A DNA stretch of 64,000 bases from Phoronis australis (taxonomy: Eukaryota; Animalia; Phoronida): positions 1 to 64,000 of the forward strand of contig NMRA01000738.1 of assembly GCA_002633005.1 (NCBI GenBank). The letters run 5' to 3'. Position numbers and translations under genes: made by a program. A model generated the notes under the pieces. The model was not told the DNA's origin, searched no databases, and worked only from the letters and a program-made list of their open reading frames with translations. Of this stretch, positions 47,341 to 62,329 are shown one piece after another. The first letter of the stretch is position 1, and each line of letters opens with the position of its first letter.

Positions 47341-48291
47341 ATGCCCGTCACTACTCAAGTCATCTCCTATACAGATTGGTTTCGCAAGCGTCATTGACTT
47401 ACCAGAAAAGAGCTAATAAAATTTGAGCCTCTCGTCAATGATTAAGTTTACAATCACACTCTGACTAACAACTGGCTGAATTCTCATCACTCAATTTTCG
47501 TCAAATTTGACGTTTAATACCAATAGCCGCCTGGGCAAATTATGTAGCGGGAATAGGCTTCACTAATGTTTCATCCTTTGATGTTTAATGGGTTGATGGA
47601 CGTTACTTTATATACGGTGACGAAATGTGGTTATCTCTGGTATTTAAGTACTGAATTTAAAGACACTCTTTTCTTTGTCTCAGTTGAAAGCTCATAAAAA
47701 TAATTTCCCCTATCGACATGTACCACAAAAATAATTCGTGAAACACGCCCTATTTTTATTCTTCATCGGTAATTATCGTAAAAATTAAGTTTCCCGTTAT
47801 TCAACTCTGGCGACCATGTTGATGATCTGCTAAAGTCAGTTGGTGTTGTCAAAATGACGTAATGTTGAAATATAAATGTTTATGCATACGTTTTGATCAA
47901 ACTTGTTTGTTTTCAAATTGGCTGTACATTGTACATTAGGCTCATAAATTACGTGTATATCTGAATGAAGGTGTTGTTTAAAGAATTTTGCTCATTTTTT
48001 CGCATATTCACTTATGCATTCAAATTCCACTTAAAAGCACACTCGACAATCCCTTGCATATGTGCATCAATAAATGTCAATCGTACGTTTAATTCCAACC
48101 TTAGTAACTGTACTTATACGACATTGTTTACCATCCTTTAAAGTGGCATTGAAAGTGAAAATTCATTTTAAATTCTTCACAGTATGCACGTTCAGTTCTT
48201 GTTTAAACAACCCTTAAGAAACATTTACGATAGAGTAATTACCTTAGACATGGCCAAGAATTTCCAGAAAATTAAAAAGTTCATTGTTTTT

Positions 48292-48455
48292 CATAGGCGC
48301 ACCCGGGGGGGCTCGGGGGCTCGAACGAGTCCCGAATTTGGCGAATTAGGCAAAAAAGTCAGCTTCAGCGAAACAAGAAGTCCGATTGAACGAGACAAAA
48401 GTCCACAAAGGCTACAGGGATTCTGCGCTGATGCCCAATTTGTAGGCAGGTACTT
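48292..48455 (+). mobile_element. Family B hAT-like MITE fragment
   Basis: Starts CATAGGCGCACCC; shares sequence with 5345-5465. Confidence 0.6.
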
Positions 48456-51400
48456 TTTTGAGTTTGAAACGAAAGGGAAAATATTTTTTACGGCAGGGAG
48501 ATTGCTAAGTTTTACAAAGAAGTCTTCACAAAAACTTTCCAATATACTGTCAATTTTACTGGCAGATAAACAATTTAAATCATATGAATTTTAGCTACTA
48601 ACATATTCCAACCCACTTTAAATTTTCACTCAGAAAGATTTTTTAAAATATGGTTTGGGATATTTCTCAAGGGTTTTGGAATGAGGCGATGGCGCATCTT
48701 TACGTACAGGCGCATGTGCCCAAGTACGCGCTTATGCGATAAAACGTTTTAAACTAAAGTTAAGAGGAGAAGGCATTTAACATTGTGCACGTTTTGATAG
48801 CCTAATAACACAAATTGTTTGAAGCAAATACCTAGGAATGTTATAGACACAATTCTGCATACATGTAGATTTCTCGCTAGATTTTGATCGTGCCAAATAG
48901 ATAGTTTTCCACTGAACCCTGACTTCCTATTTGTACACTATTTTCCTGTTGGCCGGACATTTTCAGTTGTCATATTTTGAATATGAACGTTATTTCATTT
49001 CATTTTCCAGCTACGTTCGAATGTATTTCATCGGTAATGCTTTAAATATCTTGAGGATATGCGGCCGATTTATTTGTTTTGGAAGGCTCATGTAAAATTT
49101 ATTGAACACACACAACAATGTTCACGATTTATAATGTTCAACAAATTTTGTCTGCACGCGGGACTGATACCAAAGTGTTCTAAACAGGCTGATATGTATA
49201 TGATATAGTATTATTTTAATCAAAGACTGCAAAACAATTGTGATAACTGTTTATTGCAGTGTTTTGTTTTTTGTAGATTCAAGTAGCTTAAAATCCAAAG
49301 TAACCAAGTGATGAAAAAATGGAACCGAGTTTTGGAAATATTAAGAAATTTTCATTTACACTGATCAATCAAGATGTTACTGCGTTCATTTTAATCGAAC
49401 GAATTTTTGTTAAAAAGCGCGATCTTGTAACAAGATAACAATGCCAGACGCTTTGGAAACGTATTTTTCAGAATTCTCGGTGTTTTTTATGATTGGAAAA
49501 TTCATACTCGAGTGCTTTGTAACCCTGAAATTTGAGGACACTCGGTACGGCTCTTTACAAGCAAACAAATATCTTGCTATTTCAACTTTATATAAGTTTT
49601 ATAACGTGACAACAACTAATACGTAAATTTGATGACAATTTCTGAACACTCGATACAAAAGTTTTTATTAAATGAAACCCGAAGTTTGCTAACATTAAAC
49701 ATCATTATACCATCCCAGTAACTACGTGCACGTACGAGTGAAACATTGCTTAATCATCAGAAATTTCTCCAGCATATTTATCATTTCGCAGATTTAACAT
49801 AGTCATACAAATTCGGCTTCGACAGGGTCAACCGCTGGACAATATTTGTCAACATTTTTACTTCTTTCCGTAACAATATTCAGTTTATTAGTTAGGCGCG
49901 TTTTTGTGTCTAACATAAAGAAAGTAAGATGCTAATAGTCATCAGCAATCTGACTGGCAATCTGAATCACCCAGGTATAATGTTGAGGGGTCGATACATC
50001 TTAGGCTGGGTGACAAACATAAATAGCTGCGGGCTCCGTTCTATGGATTATTGATAGCCTGTGGGAAACACTCTCCTCGAGCATTCAAGGTATAATCCTT
50101 GGTTACGTCTGTGTATGAAAAGATACCTGGGGCAGTTATGAATTACGGACCCAATTGCATAGGAACTGTTTAAAATAACTGGTGAATTCTCGGCTACCCG
50201 TGTGAATTGCATACTCTAAATCCATCGAATCGTTTACATAAGTCGCACATTTTTAGCTTCGATAGTGTCACGAGTTCTTACCTATGAGTAACATTTCAAA
50301 TAAATAATAAATATCTGGAAAAACACTTTAAATAAATGTAGTTCATTGTTTACACTCTCAAGAACTTTGCGGGCCTCTGTTTTATTTTCTTTGTCGTCCG
50401 ATGAGTGGTGCTGAGATGATGAAGTCTTGGCAGGCAATGCCGCTCACGGCTTTTCTTCAATTTTCGCTGTATTGCCATTGTGGCTTGAAATTGAGATATC
50501 AAAAACGAAGTTTCAGTATCAACCCAAAATTGATGTGATTTTGTGGATAGATTATTTTTGAACGGGAGCTGATAAAAAACCGTGTCCTATAACGTTGTTT
50601 ATTTCATCTGTTATAAGCATTTGACAATTCGGAGTTACGTTTCAGGGCTAACTCATAGGCCAGATTGTAGTATCATAGGCCGCTAATCTACGGAACAGCG
50701 ATGACATTTAGGAATCTTGTTGTGACCGACTAACTGTCCTTTGAAAGAGATGTCGCAGCTGAGATGGTTATTCTATTAAATCTTGTTTTCTCCGAATTGT
50801 TGGGGATCATCGATCACGAGTTGAGCCATTTGGCGACCTCGTAACATCTTTTCAAAGTACTACAGTATATCCGACAGGCACGTGACAACTTAAACAGGCG
50901 ACAAGTCAAAATAAGACTAGCAATCACCATTTATTTCTTAAGAGCCCTGTCTTCATTCTCGAGTTTATGCTTAGTCATGAGGAAAAAAAACTGTTTAGTG
51001 TGGCTATGATCTTCGTAGGTAGGATTTCACTATAATAGTGCCAACACGGGGAACTTAACATTTCCGATTTTACAATACATTGTAAAAACATGTGAGAATC
51101 TCTATCGTTATATAGTTTTATCAAATGACACTTTAGACGGCGAGAAAAAAATCAGCTCTCTTCATACCATGTTATCTTGGGGCATTCAAAACCAGATTTC
51201 AACCTGGCACTGCAAATCTATAACTATTCTGTTTTTTAGAAGCCGAGTGTGAAATCGATGTTTAAACGTACCGTGAGACAGTCGATTTTTATGCACTCCG
51301 TCGGCCTTAGTGTGCCAATTTCCATTCGTTTAGTTTTATCAATTTGCATGCGCATGTTTTGACTGGTTTGATGTACACTGTCCGCGATAGTGTAAATACC

Positions 51401-52579
51401 GAAGTTTTGGTAAATCAGAGTTGTTTAAAATATGTAAAAATCTACACTTTTCCTATAACTTGCATGTGTTTCAGAGACATGCCGGATTTAGGTTCCTCAG
51501 GTCTCTAGTTAGGGATCCCTTGTCATTCGGTCAGCTGAGCCCGATTGCCATAGTTTTTGGCACACCGTAGGGCGATACAATTTCACCTCCTGCTCCGTTC
51601 GCCATGATTTTTACCCACGTTTCAGGAGGTATCCCTACAAGACGGGGTTCCCTTTAGTGTGGGATCTAGTTGCAGCTTCTAACCTAAAGTTATTTAGGGC
51701 ATCACTGCGTATTTAGACAAATATTTACAAATCTCTTGAGTTCAACTCGGTGGAAATTTTTATTTTCCGATTGTATATTCGTGTTTCGACGTATCAAAAC
51801 TTATTTATTTACAATGAAATTTAACAAAAAGAGCTACGTCGATAGCAAAACAACGGTATCAATGACGTGACCAAATGTCATTTGATGTAAATGTTTCAAA
51901 TGAAATCTCAAAAACGCTAGTATAATTTTCAACGATATCATTTCAACATTATTTATGCAAATCATAAAAATATTATTGTTGATAACCCCTCGTGCAGAAT
52001 TGGAACATTTTTGAAAACAATTCTAAACAGCGTTTTGAAAACAGTGCCTGAAACATGATATCTCAAAGTTTCATATGGATCCAAACACACATTCCTTATA
52101 ATTATATGATGTACAACATTTGGCCAAATTCAGACATTTTATGGGCGCTACGTAACGTTAATGGATAAGCGGACATGGCTACTTACGATCCATAATCTCG
52201 TGACCTCTTAACCCCGTCATGATTTTTTTTGGGATTCCCATTCATAAATATTTCGCAACTGCTTAGGAATTATTTTAAGACTAATTTCCTTGCTTTCCTG
52301 TGCGTAAAGTGCAGGTTTCGGATAAAGATCATATAGGAAATGTCTGAACCATCAAACTGCACCTCCTTGGTTCAAGATGTTTTAACAGGAAATGTGCACT
52401 GAGAAGCAGACGATAACCAACTGGGTTAATTGAGTTATGCTTTCCCTTTTTTCATTGACTGAGAGAATTTTGTTTGCCTGAAAAGTGGGTTGTAAAATCA
52501 TTTCCCATAAATTCACAAATTCAGTTATTAACACGTCGTTCTACACTTACAAAAGGTCGAAAATCATATAATAAAATTC

Positions 52580-52750
52580 TATAAACGGTCATGATCGTTT
52601 TACGCGTTTTGGAGATAATTGGTTTATAGAGTAGAGTTTTTGAAGTTATTAGCTTTGACCAGAGCTATAAAGTAACAAAACCCGTTTCGTTTTTTGGGAG
52701 TTAATTGCAAATCGCCAATTCTTGATGTTGTCTGCAAGCCATTCGCTGGA
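52580..52750 (-). repeat. Family A dispersed repeat copy
   Basis: TTTTTGAAGTTATTAGCTT is the reverse complement of AAGCTAATAACTTCAAAAA at ~57957. Confidence 0.6.
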
Positions 52751-55650
52751 ATCGATGCAAGCAGCCTAGTAACCAGTTAAAAAAATACTCTGCAATTTAT
52801 TGAGTGTGTCGTCAGCAGAGCGTTTGACTGCAACCGCTTACATCGGAGAACCAAAGCAGTTTATTTGACAGTGTTTAGAAATGCATAGAACAAATATTGT
52901 AATCCCGCCCCTTCTGTAGCTGTTTCATTTGTCAGTTTGAGAACAATAGGAGGACAAATATTTCGTATATCTCTGTGATGTCAAGCAGATTGATAATGAG
53001 CTTCGCTAATTAATAGGAAAAATGTCTCGAGAATATAATTTCTAAAATAATCCTAATCTTTAAGTCGGTTAAATTGTGATGCGATAATTTGGGGAAGCAA
53101 TTCAGGTCTTACAAAGTTTATAAAGCAGATTCAAGTATAAAAAAGTTACTCAACATCACTATGCCGGAACAACAGAGGAGAGTATTGACTTTTGACAGTT
53201 TCACTATGTAATTTTAATATTAAGCAAATCCATCGAGCCAGACAATAGGACAAGCAACACTTGATTCCGCGACATTTCCCCACCATGAAACAGTTCTCTC
53301 GTTTTCTCATCATTGGAGTTTCTCGTGTTGTTTGTTGGTGTCTTGCTTTTTGCAAGTTTTTCTCTATTGTATTAATTGTATTCGATCTTGCAAAGTCAGC
53401 GATTTTCATGCTACACTGTGTGTTTCATCTCCGACAACAGGAACTTGATAAACTTGAAGTATCCGTGGATGTAAACTTGAAGTACCCGCGGATGGGATAT
53501 TTTCCGACATGATTCTTAGAATCAGCCCCGCATTTCTAAAATGAGGCCAATGCAGCAGTGCGTTTTTCTGCCTCCAGAGCAAAGAAAAATTCTATCAGGG
53601 TCCTTCTTATTTACAATTAATGTTTATTTCATCGAAACTATTACTGATATCCTACTGATTAGTTTCTTAAAATCACGTTTCCGGCACCGTGCGCCTTTGA
53701 AATCAAGTTTTGACTTTCATCGTGTAGCACTCGAGCACTCAAGTGCCCTGAGATGTGAAATAAATCTACCAGAAAATTACCAGGACTTCGCTTGGCTGAT
53801 ACAGGTTTAAATTTGCAAGCTATGTGTGCTCTAACGGTTACCTCAGGACACTCATAGGGTTGCTACATGTGATGCCTCTGCCACACACAGCTTCCGACGC
53901 CGATCCGATGAATTTGAGGAAAACATGGTCATATTGACCGACAATCGGGAAAACATCCATACAGCAGACTCGGTGTCGGCGTCGAAAACTTCAATCTTTA
54001 CTACTGATCCGATAAAAAATCTCTCGATCATGCTAGACGTAGCGATAGAACTCAATCTGCCGATATGTGGCCTGGGCACAAATCAAAAGCGAGGTCGCAG
54101 GTTTTGAATTTTTGCTGAGCCAACAATCTCGTGAGACCGGTTGCTCATAATGCCTTTAGTGTCCGGTAGGTCTTAAAAATGGCACGTGCTCTCTTTGTCA
54201 GACTGTGAGTTCGAAAATAATATTAGAACTTATTTTTGGGAATGAAAAGAACTGGTTTGTTTAACACGGCGGGTTAGAGTGACCAGGGCAGAACGGGCGT
54301 CAGTGGAATTCCCCGCGAGTGCTTGTAACCGTTCTTATACCAGAACAAGATTAATAATGGATTTTAGACTAGTGACTAAAAACAGATCAATTTTGTGTGC
54401 AAAGTTACAAAAATCACATTCTCAGCAATCGCATTTTAACTGGAACTTGGTGTTCATGGTACACAGATTGTTTCGGAACATCAATAGCGTGAATGCTATA
54501 TGTTTGCAAAGAAAAAAAATGAACATCTATGACATTAATTTGACGGATTGATGGATATTGTGTCACTACGTAAATTGTCCAGATACCTTTTTCTCCCGTT
54601 AATTACAACCAGAAGCACACGGAAACAATTACGCTCCTAGATCATGCGTGATTTGTTTCGAACAATACCACTGTGGTTCGTCTTTGATAATGCTACTAAT
54701 TAACTTCGTTAGTTGCGACATGAAACGCGCACGCAAACCTTTCTAGTTAGCACTTGATTTTGGCCATAAAGTAACAACAAAGTGATACTTTATGCGAGAC
54801 AAATCAAACAGTGCTGGATTTATAGGAGGGGAAAGGGGCCAACTGCACCGGTTTCCATCTCGGCGCGGGCCCCTCCGAGGTGCGCTACCTTATTACGAAA
54901 GGATGCGTAATTTCAAAATACGGCAAAAGAGGTCCCCTCCCAACCCCTCCGCCGCATTAGAGAATTTACATGACACAGGGAAATGTAGACATCTGATATT
55001 ATCATTGGGGTCTTCAGTCGATGGTGAGTCTCCGTAAGTGTCATTACGGACAAGAATGGAAGAGATTCCTGAAATGAGACCCAACTGGAATCGAATGGAT
55101 AATTTCAAATTCCAGGAGAAGGTGTCAATTGATTTCATCGTCGCCGAGGCCTCTCCTGCAAGAGTGGGTTTAATTTCGTCAAAGCGAGAAAATGGCCCAA
55201 GAGGTGCCCCCCCCAATGTAAAAATGCAAAACTATTACAAAAATATCAGAATGAGATCTATCGTCAATATCGAAATATGACAGGATGAACAATTTGAAAA
55301 AGTTAAAGAAACACATTGACACTTTCTTGTATCAGCTCCTGGCAGTAAAAGGTCCCTGAAGGAACGAGACTCTGTTTTATATAGGAAATATGCGCAATAT
55401 TTTGGTGCTATTCTGGGACTGCTGGTTTGAATAGTCTTTCCAATCTGCTGAATTTATACAACTTTAGCTTCTTTGTATTATTTCATGATAACAAGGTGGC
55501 TGGATAAATACCACAGGCAACAAGAACGTGCTTTTTGTGTTTGAATGTGGCAGCGTCGGCGGTAATAAAGTAGTTTTCTGAGATCATCTCAATCGAGGAA
55601 TCAGCCTCACAGCCTAACTTGGGGGTCGCTGTAATTTCGTCATCAATTTT

Positions 55651-55667
55651 TGATGATGACGATGATG

Positions 55668-55699
<32 letters not shown>

Positions 55700-55792
55700 G
55701 ATGATGATGGTGGTGGTGATGATGATGATGACGATGACCATGATGATGGTGGTGGTGGTGGTGATGGTGATAATTACAATGATGACGGTGAT
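55651..55792. repeat. (GAT)n/(GGT)n trinucleotide microsatellite
   Basis: Direct inspection. Confidence 0.97.
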
Positions 55793-57877
55793 CATTTTTG
55801 GAATCATCTTTGCTTCATTGCAGTTCGTCATCATTTTTATCGTCATTACCATCATCCAAATCGTTTACCATTCAAGTCTCGCACTTGTTTACTCAGTATA
55901 CTACGATTCAAACATTCCATATACACACATACATATATCTAGGGAATGACTTTGGAAGAATCGTAGTGTCAGCAAATTTATCATTCTAATGACAAATCAC
56001 TTTTACAAGAGCTCATTAATTTACAAGACATGTGATTGTACATGTACTTTGTGCTGATGTTATTTGTTAGTAACTATACATATTGCCTGGGGCCATATGA
56101 AATGTAACACAAGATAAAATTCAGTTTCCATAAAGCTGCGTTGGTCTTAAGACATGAAGGAGAATCGTAGCTGGAGCGAATTGAAGGCGACGGAAAATTT
56201 TTATACCAAGCATTTTCTACCATTAGTTGCGGCTTACCGCGAATGTTTCGCGTAATTATTCCATTTTTGAGATATAATAATTCCTCGTGCTCCATGCGAC
56301 CTACTGTGAGTTATCTTATGTCAGTGACCCGTCATTATGTATGGTTGATTTAAAGCAAAATAGGGCTATATTACCCTAATAGTGGTTATTTACATTGAAG
56401 TCACTGCCGACCTGATTGGTCCAATTAGCAGTCACTTTTGCATACTTGGCCACCTGGAAAAATTAGCTTTTGCATTAGGATAATGCCTTGCGAGGATTAA
56501 GCTGAAATTATAACAAATCTGGGACAGTTGCGTGGCGAGAATAACTTTGTGCTCTGTATTTGTCGAATGATAAACATGGAGATCAAATATTCGAACAATG
56601 TGCTCAAATATTCTTAGTTAAAATCGAAGAAAAATTCTTCACAAGTCGTTATTTTCTAAACCTGCGAAATCTTGGTAAAAACCCCGACAACCAATTAAAG
56701 ACCGGAAACAAAAATTGTCTTATCTCCACGGGACATCAAGTAAATGAGGAGAGTACGTTTTATAAGTGTGTCTCAAGGACGGCATTCGCTTACGATATTC
56801 TGACGACGCATTTTGCGTGTCCACCCAGTCACTTTAGAAAGGGAGTCACATTAACATATAGCTGCCATTTGTAAATGAAACTTGGAAAAATATGATTGCC
56901 TTCATTCCACGCGTTGCTTCCCTTTCATCCAACCACCAGATGGTGCTACTCCTGCTCCGGCTCCGACCAGACGACTTAGGTCACGTGTGACGCAAGGGTG
57001 ACTTTTTGTTTTTCACCGTGCGTAATTGTTAATGTAAGCCAGCAGTTCTGGGCAAAAATGGGAATCGTTCGTCTCGACGTGTCGAATGTTCAGTCTTCTC
57101 AAGTACTATAGCCAAAAGACAAACCATATCAACTTTTTTACGACTCTTCGATGAACACGCCTCAGGTGTTCACCGACAGAATATTCTAGCCTTGTAAAGG
57201 CTCTTTATTACTTGTTAGTTTCTGATTCTTACCGTGAGCTATCCTTGTTTTTTAAACAAACTCCAAATGTTTTTCCATGACGGGCTCAATACTCGTGTTC
57301 GTTTTGTAAATTAACGCACCTAGCAACATACAAGGAATGCGAGTAGGCTCGACTTTCCTTCACTCACAGGTCATTCATTAAGATTTCTTGTAGTGGCTCA
57401 GCGTGATATTCAAATATGGCGGGTTGGGTGCCATGTTGAACATGCAACCTTCCCGCTGTTTGAGATTAAAATGGTCAATCGTTTAGGTACACGCCCGTTC
57501 ATATAAATTACACTTTATGTGTTGTCTTTTGTTGCATGTGGATTTCAAAGTAGAAAATGTTGATTATTATTCTTTTTATTACGTTTTTTTTTCAAAACCT
57601 TATACAATGAGCTTGACCTAATGAAGACGTTCATTAGAGATAAATGGAGGCATTGTGTACTTGTACTTTTCACCTTCCGCTAGGTCGCGTTCGCCATGTC
57701 CTCTTAGTCAACGAGAAAAATTATTTCCTCACCGAGTCACTGCTGAAATTAGCTTCAGCGCAGATTCGACCCTGGAAGGTTCGCGGTCGTAGCCAAACGC
57801 TCTGTTTACGAGCTACGTTTCAATCGTATTCGATAAGTGACAGTGTATTTAAACGTTATAACTGGCTATGTCACGGG

Positions 57878-58045
57878 TCTTGATTTCAGCAAATCACAGA
57901 TTTATAATAGAATCACAAACAACACAACGTCATTTGTTCTTTTATAGCTGTAGGAGAAGCTAATAACTTCAAAAAGTTTCCCCCGGAAAAGCATAATAAA
58001 AATACATTTATTGGCCGTAAAAACGATAACGCCTTTTATTTTTTA
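57878..58045 (+). repeat. Family A dispersed repeat copy
   Basis: Matches the 5314-5735 flanks, and 52580-52750 in reverse. Confidence 0.6.
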
Positions 58046-61000
58046 CTGTTTACATCAAATTGTTTTGAATTCCTGCATGGCGTAAAGGGACAGAATCAAT
58101 AATCACGTGTCCGTTCTTCCGCATGAGTATTTAAAAGAAATGTTCGTGTTATTCTTACGCTATAACTACTCATAGTTCGATATTTTGACACGTTTGATCC
58201 ATGGGTCCCGTATCGATCATGGGAAACCATTCACTAAGACACCGCTACGTACCGTAGTAGGTTCACTGCGACGCCGGCCTGCGTACCCTTACTCTCCGAC
58301 CCCGCGTTAGCGTGTCAATAAAATATTTCATGATTTCGTGCCATAACTGCGCTCTACAAAAACGTTGTGTTGTAAAGAAAAATATTATGCTCACCTGTTG
58401 GGTAACGTTAAGTGACACCTTTTCACCTTTCTGAGATCACTGAATGTATAGTGAAAACACATAGTATTACTCTCTATAAAGCATTTAGTTCTGGGATTGC
58501 CTTTTATTTGACACCGTGCAGACAGATCTGTATCATGTTCAGAATAATATTTCAACTTGTGAAACATTTGTGATAAGCTGCGCGATAAGAATTTATTTCT
58601 CATCTTTTACCATTTTATAGGTGTTGTCGTTTGCTACAAGTTCATAACATAGCCTTGTGTTTGCGTGAACTTCGTGGTGACCCGTAGCTACGTATATGAT
58701 CATGTTACAGTATTTGTCGATCTACCAGTAAAAGCGCATTATTAACTACCGATCATCGCATCTGCCATCTCTCGATCATTTAAACAGCTAAATTAAACTC
58801 CTGGAAAAAAACTCGCTTTGTCTCTGAGTCAACAAGCTATTGAACACCAGCGTAGCCAGCTTTCACTAGCATTGTTGGCAGTAAAAACAAGACTATTTAT
58901 GTCGATCACAAAACCAATAACGACTTCAATGACCCAGGGCTGTAGTATTCATCGCTGACTTAATGAAGCGTCCAAATGACAGAATACATCAAGGTGTTCG
59001 CACCTGTAGATAAGAAATGGCTACCTGTAGAGGAAGGTGAGCGGGTAAAGCAATCCTGAAAGCGGATTCCATAAAGACGGTGCGTACCACTAACGATTTC
59101 GGAATATTAGCCAGTTGGTAAATTTGCACATAATTCGACAACCTGTTCAGGAAGGTTTTTGTAATCAATTCACGAGGTAAGCAAAAAACTAAAGGATGTG
59201 GACCGAGCGGATGAAGGTATGATTAGTGTAGTGTTTCCAGTCGTGAGAAACAGTAGCAGATAGTAAAAAGAAAATGACCCGTTATTCACGTGGATTTATG
59301 CAGAATTTAGAGTAGTCAAATTTAAATTACTGAACATATTTTCGCGCATTTTCTTTAGGTTTGAAATTATTTTGTTGAGAAGTGTAGTGTCGTTTGTGCT
59401 TGAGTTTGAATTTTGACGTTTACGCGTATCGTTGAACAAAACGGTTCTTTACTTTGGTGTGGTGACGTTCCTGTGTTACGTGTTAATCCAGCGTCATTTC
59501 AAGATCGTTATATCGAATCGACGTTGTTATTTTGTATTTAAGTTTTCAATGAATCGAAGAATGATCACTTTTTAATTTGGACAGGTGTATGTAATAGTAC
59601 CGTAATATCTCCTCAATTTTGCACAAACATAATTGTTAATATACGAGGAAATTTCATTTTCACTTAATTTTTTAAATAGTTTTGAGCTTCATATCAAATT
59701 GTATGTGCATTGCTGTTCTTGCATTTTGCTATAAGTGACTAATATGCCTAGTGGGGTTTTCAAGTAATACTGGTCACTTTAAATAAATTTATTTTCTCTT
59801 CTCTACGTTAGAATAACTATTTTTCCAATTATCAGAAGTTGATCACATTGTTTTGCTTACGTTATATTGATAATAACTATTCAAAATAAACCTTGCCATT
59901 GAAGAAGTCAAATTTATCTCAATGGTTGTTTTTGTAAAGAAGTTTTACAAAACTAAATTCCACATGTCTGTCATATTGTGTCCTAATCTGAATAGTGTTT
60001 ACCGTAATCTCGTTTTATTTCCTTTTCTGATGGAGATTGTTTTAATAAAAGACGGCTTTAATTTATTTTCCGCGATGTCCTAACCTTTATGAAAATTTAT
60101 TACATGCCTTTACAGACGGTTTGATACCACTATATAATCTAAACGCAAGCGATATCTATTAGTGTGCCATTTTGAAAGAAAAAATGTCAGTCGTCTTTGC
60201 AGATGAAATGTTGCGGGCCAGTTTCAATGCTTTTTAAATTCACATCATCATACAGAAGTTGCAAATATTGATAATACCAGACCTAACACATTTTGTGGAA
60301 CCAGTGACGCGGATCAATTCAGCTGAAAATCCTCATCCAATATCATGTATTTTCCATCAACGATTTCGTCTGGTGAAGTGGTCATTCACACCTCTGGCTA
60401 TTGTGGTCATTTGCACTTTGATTGAGGGTGTCACCTCCTCGTGGTACCGAAACTGACACTCTTGAAAGTTGGGTGTCATTGATACGCCAAGTGAAGTACA
60501 TCACAATGGACTGAATGCCGTCAATGAGATTAAGTTTTAGTGGTTATGCTCACTCGTTCGCAGCACGTTTTCAACATAAGCGTATTCATTACGCCAACAT
60601 ATTTAATACCAACGAGGGCGTTACAGTCACTCAATAGTTCACTTTGACATACGTTCTTTTTGAGTAGAAAAGCAATCTCTGTGGATATGCACAATGTCGG
60701 TGCCATCCCTTGGCTGAATTATGATAAAAAACTTTGTTCTGTCATTACATTTCGTTTTAGCTGCACCCCTACCTGTAGGGCCTACTACCGCTTCTCACAC
60801 CAACCCGTTGGTGCATTCGAGGAGGGGGAGGGGGTGAAGCGAAGTGGGAGCTGACGAGAACAAACGCCATTCCCTTTTAGACACCTTTCCTTTCGAAAAT
60901 TATTATTGGGCTCCCTATTAAGAGCCTTGAGCCCCAGTGTAACGCTATATGTATTGGGTGAAATTTGACGCAGCTGTGCACATATAGGCTTCTGCTATGA

Positions 61001-62245
61001 TATCACTAAATCTTAGGTGGCTTAACACTGAAAACATGAAACCCTGCATACACTCCGACTTTTTAGTTCGTATGCGACTACAATGCGAGTCTTCAAACAA
61101 TGTTCCAAAATTATCGTACGAAATCGTACACTAATGAAATCGGCGTGTATAGACAGGGCTGGAGAGATTGTTCACTCTGAGTGCCTGCAAGTGCCGATTT
61201 AAACGTTTCGCACACTTAAGTCGACGTTTTTGTATTTGGCGGAAAATTTTGATAAAGCGATGCTGTCCTGCGTGACTTTTGTTTATCCAAGCCTATTTGT
61301 ACGAAGCCTCTAATGTCAGACACTTGAGAGCGTTTCACCAATTCTATTTAATTATACTTATATCATTCGCAATAGAATAAACTCGTTCCCGCTCAAATAT
61401 CACTTTTACATTATTAGATTATATTCTCAAAGAAAGATTCAAGCGCTCCGAACGCACATCCCGTATTGACTTTATCAAACAGTGGGAAAATTGTTCTCTC
61501 ATACGAGTTCATTTCCTGTGTTTTGGCCACTCATAATTCACGAAGTGTGACCATTTTATTGATTACATCATGCAGTGATGATAAAATCAATCTTCGTTTC
61601 ACTGAATGCTTATACTGGGCGGCTTCAGTCGGCAGACAGAGACCATTTTGCTTCAGTGACCTATTGTATGTGGGGCGTGTAAACGAATGAAAAGCCCTAA
61701 ATCTGAAAAAAGTCGGTTCGAAAAATCTCATAGTTCAGTTTTTATCGGAACTGTAATAGATTGCACAGAGTAGGCAATTCCCTAGGAGTGTTTAAGCGAA
61801 AAATTTCACTTCCCAAAATTGTAGACACGTGCAATTTTGTGACGGTGTGCTTCAGTAGAAGGGAGGAACCAAAGAAAAATGTCTCCTGTAGTTGCGTTCT
61901 GTATCGCGGTAGATCGCTTGCATTATATATTTGCCGCGGGTGCCAGAGAAAACGATTGCGACGTATACACTGGCATAGTCGTGTCTACAAACCCTGATAT
62001 TTGGTAAAGACTTAGACCAATAGGAGTGCGCACCCAGGCCTTGATTATGCTTGTACCCGTCTCATCCCATCCGTTCAATGGTTTAACCCAAAACCGCAAT
62101 GAGAACCTTTCAACCCTACAAAGTGGACTACCCCAATGTTACAATGTTGAGCTGTGATCCCAAGTTGTAACACGTCTCGATTGTTTACCGTTGTGTACGG
62201 CGGGTCTGGGATGTACTAGATACCAGTGTCTCATAAGTTTCTTAC

Positions 62246-62329
62246 CTGAGAGAGTTCTCGCCTCGTATTGATGTGTTGTGTATTATGCGTTGCAGGCAGT
62301 TGACTGACTGAGTAATAGCCAACCGACAT
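62246..62329 (-). CDS. Candidate first coding exon of a second, unidentified spliced gene (MSVGYYSVSQLPATHNTQHINTRRELSQ)
   Basis: aagATG context, strong CAG|gtaaga donor, upstream ctttcag acceptor near 62380; no recognisable homology. Confidence 0.25.

Noticed and set aside
53842-54071. Exon-like segment with AG/GT boundaries (ORF 53852-54079)
   Set aside because: Stops occur in all three frames between the splice sites and no homology was recognised; cannot be called coding.
55619-55989. Poly-Asp, poly-Met and poly-Ile ORFs
   Set aside because: Translations of a (GAT)n microsatellite; no coding context.
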